A DNA stretch of 64,000 nt from Bacteroidales bacterium (GTDB lineage Bacteria; Bacteroidota; Bacteroidia; Bacteroidales; UBA932), in the NCBI GenBank assembly GCA_017473705.1, contig JAFUJQ010000051.1, positions 29,351-93,350 of the forward strand. Direction: 5' to 3'. Position numbers and translations under genes: made by a program. Positions 40,812-48,511 of the stretch are shown here, piece by piece (position 1 is the stretch's first letter; each line of letters begins with the position of its first letter). A model generated the notes under the pieces. That model saw only the letters and a program-made list of their open reading frames with translations. It was not told where the DNA came from and did no database searches.

Positions 40812-41120
40812 TCAGATCTTGACAACCCATCGTCCGTTTCTTTTGCCGTTCTCCTATTTCCTCCAAAGTGCAATTTAAAGTATCATTTTGAGACTTTGGA
40901 GTGAGACTTTGAACGTTGGAGATGTGCATTTCACGGTTGCTGAGCGGATTGGTCTCTCCCAACAACAGATTCTTGAAGAACCTTACCAGATATTCATCAG
41001 TTGCAGATATGCCTTTGTAAAACTCATTATAGTTGGCCCTTACGAGAGCATTCCTGAAGTACCATGAGTGATCCCTGAATATCGTATTGTCCGGCTTAAA
41101 GCCGAATGTCTGGAGATAGA
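40812..41120 (-). pseudogene. Fic-family protein C-terminal remnant
   Basis: FGF.PDN..F.DHSWYFRNALVRANY..NLLLGE.N.L.NR.MHI; no start or HPF motif; CTLEE joined out of frame to ENGKRNGRWVVKI*. Confidence 0.7.
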
Positions 41121-41183
41121 TAAACGATAATTACGCGTATCAAAAATACATCATTCTGCTTAAAATTCCACAATATTTAGATG

Positions 41184-41221
41184 CTCTGCCAAGTTTTTGC
41201 CGAAGCTCTTTCTTATCTTTG
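41184..41221 (+). promoter_or_regulatory. Promoter with putative WYL operator, copy 1
   Basis: ctctgcc-aagttttt-gccgaag-N8-TATCTTTG. Confidence 0.7.
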
Positions 41222-41238
41222 CTCAAAACATGATGTGT

Positions 41239-42141
41239 ATGGCTAAAGATTCATTCAAAAGATACATCTGGATTCTGGACACGATTCAGAGGTATGGAAG
41301 GATTACCCTAAAAGAATTGAAGGCAAAGTGGGAAAGGAGCTCGGTAAATGATGAGGGGAAGCCACTTGCGGATAGAACCTTCGCTAATTATAAGGCTAAT
41401 ATAGAGCAGATATTCGACATAGAGATAAAGTGTGACAGGACTACTAATGAATACTTTATCGATAATGAAGATGACCTTAACGGGAATTCCATAAGGGACT
41501 GGATGCTGAACTCGTTGTCTTTGAGGAATCTGCTGAATGAAAGCGCGGGACTCCATGAGAGGATACTCCTCGAGGATGTGCCATCAAGCCACAGATTCCT
41601 GACTTCTATAATCGGTTCCATGAGGGATAATAAGAAGTTGTGTATATCTTACAAGGGCCATTCAATGACTGAATATAAGGATATGGTCATCCATCCTTAT
41701 AGCATCAGACTGTTCAAGCGCAGATGGTATTTGATAGCATATTCCGAGTATTCCAAGGGTATTAGACTCTATATGCTAGACCGAACCATGTGCGTGAATG
41801 TTCTGGATGAGGTATTCGAGATGCCGGAAGACTTTGATGCAGAAGAGTATTTCAATGATATATACGGAGTCCGCCAGACAGATAGAAGCCCAAAGGCAAA
41901 GGTTGTAATAAAGGTTAATGCTAATCGATGTGATTTACTGAGAAATCTTCCTTTACATCCATCACAGACGGAGATTGAAACGACGCCGGAATATAGTATC
42001 TTTGAAGTTGAATTGAAGCCGAACTTCGACTTCAAACAGGAACTGATCTCATATCTTGATGCGCTTGAGGTATTGGAACCTGCCAACTTAAGGGATGAAA
42101 TCAAACTGACAATCAACTCAATGTATCGTAAATATATTTAG
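41239..42141 (+). CDS. WYL-domain transcriptional regulator (wHTH-WYL-WCX)
   Basis: RYIWILDTI, RTF, HPY.IRLFKRRWYLIA, LDR, PLHPSQ, EVLEP..LR; ATG 41230 is an alternative start. Confidence 0.92.
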   Translation: MAKDSFKRYIWILDTIQRYGRITLKELKAKWERSSVNDEGKPLADRTFANYKANIEQIFDIEIKCDRTTNEYFIDNEDDLNGNSIRDWMLNSLSLRNLLNESAGLHERILLEDVPSSHRFLTSIIGSMRDNKKLCISYKGHSMTEYKDMVIHPYSIRLFKRRWYLIAYSEYSKGIRLYMLDRTMCVNVLDEVFEMPEDFDAEEYFNDIYGVRQTDRSPKAKVVIKVNANRCDLLRNLPLHPSQTEIETTPEYSIFEVELKPNFDFKQELISYLDALEVLEPANLRDEIKLTINSMYRKYI

Positions 42142-42157
42142 CCTAAATCTGAATGTC

Positions 42158-42961
42158 ATGCATAGGAAACTAGATCGCGACTTTATTGCTCACTTTAAGA
42201 AAGGGGGTAAATATGATATGTTGCTATCCGCAATAAAGGAGGACCCGGAACTGTCTGTTGAAATCAGGATAAACAGTGAAATCAAAGTTTACTACACCAA
42301 GGGACTCGTTTTGACATTAAGCAAGAAAGGGGAGACACTACTTTCGGATGGATACTGTAGGGATATCGTAAAGCCTGTCTTGGATTTGAACTCTCCTGAA
42401 GAATATTTAGATATGGCAAAGGGACTCATACGCAAACATAGTCGTAAGGTCGAGTTTACCATACAGCAAAAGATAGCAGCGTCCAATCAGTCATCCGACA
42501 ATGAATACTTTGTTGTTGATATGGAATGGCAATATCCCCAAAGTGACATACCAGAAGAAGATCGCTTGAATAAAAGCCGAATTGATATTGTCGCTATAGA
42601 ACGATCAACCAATGATATAGTCCTTTTTGAACTTAAGCAGGGAACAGGAGCTCTATTCGGCGGCTCCGGAGTTGATGGACACTACCTAAAGTCTGCCTTG
42701 CTGATGCAAAATAGAGATTTCTGTCTGCATCTTGAGCAAGATGTCAGAAATATCCTCAGTGATAAAGTGGAGCTCGGATTAATCGATTATTCAGTACCGA
42801 ATAAATTCGGAAGAATTAAACAAATGTTCATATTTGCGTATGAAAGAGCTTCTGCTAGAGAGGTCTATGAAAAGGACTTCGCAGATGCTTTGGAAAAATT
42901 AGGAGTTTCAACGATATATATAGACACCAGAGATAACGATTATGGATTGCAAAGGAAGTAA
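42158..42961 (+). CDS. Hypothetical protein, PD-(D/E)xK nuclease-like
   Basis: E...QQ, SRIDIVA, VLFELK spacing typical of the restriction-endonuclease fold. Confidence 0.65.
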   Translation: MHRKLDRDFIAHFKKGGKYDMLLSAIKEDPELSVEIRINSEIKVYYTKGLVLTLSKKGETLLSDGYCRDIVKPVLDLNSPEEYLDMAKGLIRKHSRKVEFTIQQKIAASNQSSDNEYFVVDMEWQYPQSDIPEEDRLNKSRIDIVAIERSTNDIVLFELKQGTGALFGGSGVDGHYLKSALLMQNRDFCLHLEQDVRNILSDKVELGLIDYSVPNKFGRIKQMFIFAYERASAREVYEKDFADALEKLGVSTIYIDTRDNDYGLQRK

Positions 42962-43601
42962 ACGCTGCTTACAAGTCTATCTTTCAGATAAACTCGACGT
43001 TTTAGAACGTGCAATAAAGGATAGGCGCTCAGAGTGGAAAGATGCACTAACTATAGAATGGCTCGGTCCAAAGAACAATGATGGCATATGGGACTGGAAA
43101 GAGCTTTCAGGGGATGCCTTCTGGAAGGTTTTAGGTATTGATCCTCAGAAAACGCGCAATTTTTGGCCAGCGAGAGGACCTCATTGGGATGCAGTGGCGA
43201 GACTTACATTTCCTAATGATTCTTTTTGCCATATCCTATTTGAGGCAAAAGCAAATGTATCTGAACTTAAAAGTTACCTTAGGGCGGGGAATGGAGAAGG
43301 ACAGAAAACTTTGATTGAGAAGTCCCTAAATGAATATTCGTTAAATTTGAAAGGATACTATCAGACTTGTAATAGATTAGCTCACTTGAACTTTTTACGA
43401 AGGGAATACCCTGATGTCAACGTGCACCTTTGCTATCTGTATTTCGTGAATGATAACTCCCATATTAAGACAGAACGGAATAAATGGGATGCCGCGCTCA
43501 AACGTCAATATGAAGCTATGAATTCTGTTAATAATCCAGACGATGTATTTAACGCTATCTTTTTGGATGCTTCTGACATAATTAAGTCATGTAAAAAGTG
43601 A
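42942..43601 (+). CDS. Hypothetical protein, PD-(D/E)xK nuclease-like
   Basis: FWP.RGPHWDA, ILFEAK, YYQ..NRL; 20-nt overlap with the upstream gene. Confidence 0.62.
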   Translation: MDCKGSKRCLQVYLSDKLDVLERAIKDRRSEWKDALTIEWLGPKNNDGIWDWKELSGDAFWKVLGIDPQKTRNFWPARGPHWDAVARLTFPNDSFCHILFEAKANVSELKSYLRAGNGEGQKTLIEKSLNEYSLNLKGYYQTCNRLAHLNFLRREYPDVNVHLCYLYFVNDNSHIKTERNKWDAALKRQYEAMNSVNNPDDVFNAIFLDASDIIKSCKK

Positions 43602-43610
43602 TGAATCTCG

Positions 43611-43648
43611 CTTCTGCCGACTTCTTGCAGAAGATGCCAGTACCTTTG
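43611..43648 (+). promoter_or_regulatory. Promoter with putative WYL operator, copy 2 (perfect palindrome)
   Basis: CTTCTGC-N9-GCAGAAG-N7-TACCTTTG. Confidence 0.75.
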
Positions 43649-43665
43649 CAGCAAAATATAGAATT

Positions 43666-44169
43666 ATGAAACGTTGCAAAAATGGCAGGATTATCCCATT
43701 CCTGGAAGCCAAGATGGGATTTGATTCCGGACCGGGAATCATGTATAGAGGTCAGGCGCTCCTTTTATGCCAGATCATCGGGAAGACCCCTTTGACAGAT
43801 GCAGAACTGATTATTAAATATGCTGCCGAAAGGAGCTATGGACAAATGGACTACTTCAAGAGGGAATTCATGAAGTCTGCTATCGAGCAGGGCTATAGTG
43901 TCTTTCACGCGGCTAAGGAGTGGTATAGAATGGCCTTTCAGGCTGGGTACATTGGATTTGCACCATGTAATCAATACATCCAGGAGAAATATGCTCTCAT
44001 GAGCAAGATATATGAGACTCTACGCGTCAATCAGGATATGAGTGATGATCAACTGAAGAACTCGCTCGAGCCAGAAGAACGCAAGAGACTCAAGACCTGG
44101 GATGATATGATCCACACAGTGAAGATGATAGCGCGAAATCAGATAAGCAATGAAGATACGAATCCATAG
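43666..44169 (+). CDS. Hypothetical protein
   Basis: 167-aa ORF directly after a promoter; overlaps the next gene by 20 nt; family not recognised. Confidence 0.7.
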   Translation: MKRCKNGRIIPFLEAKMGFDSGPGIMYRGQALLLCQIIGKTPLTDAELIIKYAAERSYGQMDYFKREFMKSAIEQGYSVFHAAKEWYRMAFQAGYIGFAPCNQYIQEKYALMSKIYETLRVNQDMSDDQLKNSLEPEERKRLKTWDDMIHTVKMIARNQISNEDTNP

Positions 44170-45424
44170 AGGTGCCAATCAGATCGGCGGATGCATAACG
44201 GAGATACGGTCAGACAACGGTACTCGTGTCCTCATTGACCTTGGGCATAACCTTCCTGGGGAAGCAACAGCAGATATGTTTGATGAAGCCTCTAATCTGT
44301 CTGCTCTCCTTGATGGGATTTCCGGTATTATATATACTCACAATCACGGGGATCATCTTGGATTCTTTGACCAAGTACCCAGGGAAATCCCTCAATATAT
44401 CGGAGAGATGTCCCGTGAGGTTATCGTCAATGTCCTCGATGAAAGTCTTAATAAGGCGATACGTGCAGAGCATAAATGTCTTATTGAGGAAATCGAGCGT
44501 AAAATCATGAGCCTTACGCTTTTCCGAACTTATGCACCGAAAAAGTCATTCTGTGTAGGTGATATTAAGGTGACTCCGTATTTCGTGAGTCACTCTGCAG
44601 CGGATTCGTATATGCTCTTGATAGAGTGTGATGGAAAGCGCGTTCTGCATACTGGAGATCTGAGGGAGCATGGATTCCTTGGCAAAGGTCTGGAGAAGAC
44701 TATTATGTCGTATGTTTCATCAGTAGATGTTCTGATTACTGAGGGCACTATGCTTTCGAGAGACGATGAGCATACTATGACAGAAAGCGAGATACAAAGT
44801 CAGATGGCTGAAATCATGGCCCGATACAAGAATGTATTCGTGTTGTGCTCATCAACGAATTTTGACAGGCTTGCCGGACTGCATAAGGCAAATGCTGGAT
44901 TCAGAGGCAGGCCGTTTGTCTGTGATGTGTATCAGAATGCTCAGTTCAAGACCTTGACGCAATATAGCGGAAAGTATTCGGACTTGTACGTGATCGATAA
45001 CGCTGCAGAGATGTCCCTAAAAAAGGTGAGCCTACACAAGAAGATGATTGAAAGGGGATTCACAATGATTGTAAGGGATAACCCTACGTTCCGTAAATGG
45101 GTCAGTTACCTTATGCCTCATCTGGACCCTGACCAGACGGTGCTGGTTTATTCTCAGTATAAGGGATACCTTAAAGAACAGCCCAAGCTTCGTGATTTCG
45201 TAAGGATGTTCGGCAAGAACTGTGTATATATTCATACTACAGGACATGCTACAAGGCAAACTCTGGCAAGAGTCTGCAAAATGACCAATCCTAAGTCAGC
45301 AATAATCCCTATTCACAAGGAGGCAGACAGTGATTTCTGCACCTTGGACATATCTGAAGAACTAAGAGCTAAGGTGATATCTTCCACTAGATATGTGGAT
45401 GATATGGAAATTATAATAGACTGA
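44150..45424 (+). CDS. MBL-fold beta-CASP nuclease, short RNase J-like
   Basis: IHRG..QIGG, THNHGDH, SHSAAD, HTGD, EGT, HTTGHA, IPIH. Confidence 0.88.
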   Translation: MKIRIHRGANQIGGCITEIRSDNGTRVLIDLGHNLPGEATADMFDEASNLSALLDGISGIIYTHNHGDHLGFFDQVPREIPQYIGEMSREVIVNVLDESLNKAIRAEHKCLIEEIERKIMSLTLFRTYAPKKSFCVGDIKVTPYFVSHSAADSYMLLIECDGKRVLHTGDLREHGFLGKGLEKTIMSYVSSVDVLITEGTMLSRDDEHTMTESEIQSQMAEIMARYKNVFVLCSSTNFDRLAGLHKANAGFRGRPFVCDVYQNAQFKTLTQYSGKYSDLYVIDNAAEMSLKKVSLHKKMIERGFTMIVRDNPTFRKWVSYLMPHLDPDQTVLVYSQYKGYLKEQPKLRDFVRMFGKNCVYIHTTGHATRQTLARVCKMTNPKSAIIPIHKEADSDFCTLDISEELRAKVISSTRYVDDMEIIID

Positions 45425-45427
45425 TAC

Positions 45428-45465
45428 CTTCTGCCGAAGAAATGCTGAAGTGCCAGATAACTTTG
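45428..45465 (+). promoter_or_regulatory. Promoter with putative WYL operator, copy 3
   Basis: cttctgcc-gaagaaat-gctgaag-N7-TAACTTTG. Confidence 0.72.
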
Positions 45466-45491
45466 CTGCATTAACCGTAAAGAAATTCTAT

Positions 45492-45998
45492 ATGAAAAAG
45501 TATTTGGCACTCTTTTGTTCTTTCGCCTGCATCTTGACAGCTGCAGCACAGAATCCTAAGTTGAACCCGCTTAACTATAGCGGGAAAATGTATGTCTCAG
45601 CCGCGGAAGTCCTAACGACTCCACGATATGTTTCCTATGAGGATCATGCCATTCTCAGCTCGGAGATGACAGTGCCTGTAATTGAGGTTACAATAGCACA
45701 GTTTGATTTCGAAAAGAAGGTGGCTTCTATTGATGGTAAAGAAGTGCATTTTTCCAGAGCATATGTCAAGGAGTATCCTTCAGAACACTTCAGTACCTTT
45801 GTCGTATATATGGAGCCTGAGGATGGCGGCGATAAGATGGAACTGGTATGGCCTGAAATCGGAGATCCGTATCTCCTTCAGATAACGCCAGTCGATGGTA
45901 AGGTTGACATCTGCAAGATGAAGCTATCTCGTAAACCTGTTGCAATCACGGGTGAGGAAGCCCTTATGCAGCTGCTGAATAGCCTGGGAGGATATTAA
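45492..45998 (+). CDS. Hypothetical secreted protein
   Basis: Signal peptide MKKYLALF..AAA|Q; beta-rich. Confidence 0.7.
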   Translation: MKKYLALFCSFACILTAAAQNPKLNPLNYSGKMYVSAAEVLTTPRYVSYEDHAILSSEMTVPVIEVTIAQFDFEKKVASIDGKEVHFSRAYVKEYPSEHFSTFVVYMEPEDGGDKMELVWPEIGDPYLLQITPVDGKVDICKMKLSRKPVAITGEEALMQLLNSLGGY

Positions 45999-46010
45999 TT
46001 AAGTATTATA

Positions 46011-46604
46011 TTAAAAAATTAGTCGATTTCCGTATTTGCAAACCTCGTAGTGCTCATTGACAACGGAACCGTTTGAAAACGCCGTGTACTTTCCTGCATG
46101 GATTCCGGTATCGTTGTGAATGTGCCCGAAAAGGTGGACTCTAGGACAAACATCGAGGACCCTGGCAAGAAGCTTTGCACTGCCATATCCGCATGTACCA
46201 TCGCCATCCATGATTCCAAGTGGCGGCTGATGTGTGATCAATACATCTATCTCGGAAGGGATCTCCTCATACTTACTCTCCAGACTTCCGTCCATGACAT
46301 CTTCCATGAATAGAGGGATTCCGTAGAATCTGACTCCATGGATGGTGACTCCGGAGCAGTCGAGATAATGGCAGTTGTCTGGGAGACCCTCTATCGTTTC
46401 ACCTTTCAGGCAATCGTCATGATTTCCTGCAACTAGGATCTTGTAAGGGTGGGGTAGATCTAGGAACCACTCCAGAAATCCAATGGCTTCCTCTTCAGTG
46501 CCTGCCATAGTGAAGTCGCCAGAGTGTACAATGACATCAGCTTGGGGTAATTCCCCAAGCATGGCATGTCTTCCATGAGTATCCGATATGTGAAGGATTA
46601 CCAT
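46011..46604 (-). CDS. Metallophosphoesterase (MPPED/239FB-like)
   Basis: SDTH, HSGD, AGNHD, THQPP, FGHIH. Confidence 0.88.
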   Translation of the reverse strand: MVILHISDTHGRHAMLGELPQADVIVHSGDFTMAGTEEEAIGFLEWFLDLPHPYKILVAGNHDDCLKGETIEGLPDNCHYLDCSGVTIHGVRFYGIPLFMEDVMDGSLESKYEEIPSEIDVLITHQPPLGIMDGDGTCGYGSAKLLARVLDVCPRVHLFGHIHNDTGIHAGKYTAFSNGSVVNEHYEVCKYGNRLIF

Positions 46605-46908
46605 CTATTATTTCTTTGATCTCTTGTATGTATAACCTGACATGGATTCCTCTCTTTTTCTGTTTTCTGGGTGATACCTTCAGGATACTGGAGTACCTTG
46701 TATTCTATCTGAGCCATATCATGCCAGTATTTTTATGATTGCCTTTTCAATTCTCTCGATCAGTGGTCCGAAATGATAGCCATAGTTATGCAAAGATATA
46801 GTTTTCCCCTCGTTTTTCAATGACCTGATTATCCTCCCAGGGTAACCATATATAAAGAAAAGAGACTGACCATTCAGTCATATTGACTTTGGGCCAACCT
46901 CTTGTGTG

Positions 46909-46981
46909 AGCCAGCTATGGGATTCGAACCCACGACCTTCGCGTTACGAATGCGATGCTCTACCGACTAAGCTAAACTGGC
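46909..46981 (-). tRNA. tRNA-Thr(CGT)
   Basis: GCCAGTT..AGCTGGC acceptor stem, anticodon loop TT-CGT-AA, GGTTCGAATCC; CCA not encoded. Confidence 0.96.
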
Positions 46982-47043
46982 AACGTATCTCCTTTTTCAA
47001 GGGACTGCAAATATAGAGATTTTTTAGATATATTTGCAGAATT

Positions 47044-48501
47044 ATGACAAACTATTCAGCAGATATCATCATCATAGGAGGCGGCGCGGCAGGGCTTATG
47101 GCGGCTGCAGGCGCAGCTGAGACATTCGCAAGGAAGGGCGCGGAAGGCAAGGTCATGGTGCTTGAGAAGATGCCACGTCCCGGCAGAAAGATCATGATTA
47201 CCGGCAAGGGAAGGTGTAACTTCACCAACCTCAAGGCATGGAACGAGTTCTCGGAACATGTGCATCCGAAGCCTGGCTTCCTCAAGCCTTCATTCTATAA
47301 CCTCACATCCGAGCGAATGTTAGATTTCCTGCAGGAAGCGGGAATGGAGAGTGTTGTGGAGAGGGGAGACAGGGCGTTTCCGGCTTCACATCTTGCGTCT
47401 GATGTGGTTGATGCGCTGGTAAGGGCTGCTGAACAGGCAGGAGCCGAGGTACTCTGCAACAAGGAAGTAAAAGAAATATTCCGTCAGGACGATGGCTCAT
47501 TTCACATCAAATGTGCAGATGGTGTCTCATATGCTTGCAGCAAACTGATAATATGCACTGGCGGTCTCTCATATCCTAAGACAGGATCTACCGGAGACGG
47601 GTATGCATGGGCTGAGCAGATGGGGCATTCTGTGAGGCCGTTGTTTCCATCGTTGACGGCTGTTGTGCCTAGGGGGTATAAGGATCTCTCGACTACGCTC
47701 GAGATGACAGGGGGGAAACCCGAGATGACAGGGGGGAAACCCGAGAAGACAGGGGGAAAACCCGAGATGACAGGTAGGAAGTCCGAGATGACAGGCAAGG
47801 GGCATATACATCGGAGTGAGCCGCTCAGCGAACTCGGGCAGATGCTCTGCGGCAATCAGCTGAAGAATGTCGCGCTGACAGTCTTCATTGACGGAAATGA
47901 GGCTCAATATGAATTCGGAGACCTTGATTTCACAGATGGCGGAATAGAGGGCCCTATAGGCTTTAAGGTCAGCAGAAAGTGTGTCAATGCCATAGTGAAC
48001 GGCTCGAAGGTGCATGTAGTGATGGACATGAAACCTGCGGTAGAGATCGAGGATCTCACGGTCCGTATTTCTACATTATGGAACGAAGTGTCAAAGGACA
48101 AGAGGAATGCGCAGAAGCTATACAAGGACCGCTTCAAGATACTGCTGACAAAAGTGCTTCCGATGTCTCTTATTCCTGCATTTGTCAGATGTAATCCTAA
48201 TGCCGACCACAAGACGTTGGCTAAGCTCCTCAAGAACTGGAAGTTCGAGATTGCAGGATATGTGGGCTATGAAAGATGCGTGATCACCGCAGGAGGCGTG
48301 TCACTTGACGAAATAACACCTAAGACCCTGGAATCCAAACTTGTCCCCGGACTGTATTTTGCTGGCGAAGTCCTTGACCTTGATGCGGATACGGGCGGAT
48401 ATAATCTTCAGACTGCTTTCTCTACAGGCTATCTGGCAGGCATCAATGCTGCGAGATTTCTCGACAAGCTCGAAATGACAGTCTGCGGGTGCTCGAAATG
48501 A
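47044..48501 (+). CDS. HI0933/YhiN (BaiN-like) flavoprotein with REP-derived insert and tail
   Basis: IGGGAAG, GRKIMITGKGRCN, GGLSYP.TGSTGDG, TAGGV, GE.LD.D..TGGYNLQ. Confidence 0.9.
   Translation: MTNYSADIIIIGGGAAGLMAAAGAAETFARKGAEGKVMVLEKMPRPGRKIMITGKGRCNFTNLKAWNEFSEHVHPKPGFLKPSFYNLTSERMLDFLQEAGMESVVERGDRAFPASHLASDVVDALVRAAEQAGAEVLCNKEVKEIFRQDDGSFHIKCADGVSYACSKLIICTGGLSYPKTGSTGDGYAWAEQMGHSVRPLFPSLTAVVPRGYKDLSTTLEMTGGKPEMTGGKPEKTGGKPEMTGRKSEMTGKGHIHRSEPLSELGQMLCGNQLKNVALTVFIDGNEAQYEFGDLDFTDGGIEGPIGFKVSRKCVNAIVNGSKVHVVMDMKPAVEIEDLTVRISTLWNEVSKDKRNAQKLYKDRFKILLTKVLPMSLIPAFVRCNPNADHKTLAKLLKNWKFEIAGYVGYERCVITAGGVSLDEITPKTLESKLVPGLYFAGEVLDLDADTGGYNLQTAFSTGYLAGINAARFLDKLEMTVCGCSK
47682..47795 (-). 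repeat. In-frame REP-like element plus 21-bp tandem head repeats
   Basis: ggatctctcgactacgctcgagatgaca; cgagatgacagg-like units at 47700, 47721, 47742, 47763, 47784; encodes EMTGGKP-like heptads. Confidence 0.88.
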
Positions 48502-48503
48502 CA
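48454..48503 (-). repeat. REP-like element with 23-bp-period head duplication, supplying the stop codon
   Basis: agatttctcgacaagctcgaaatgaca at 48454-48480 and gctcgaaatgaca at 48491-48503. Confidence 0.85.
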
Positions 48504-48511
48504 TATCTAGC

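Noticed and set aside
42158-43601. Classical restriction-modification system
   Set aside because: No methyltransferase or specificity subunit in the window
40750-46908. Intact integrative element or prophage at tRNA-Thr
   Set aside because: No integrase, no duplicated tRNA 3' end seen, and no phage or conjugation genes
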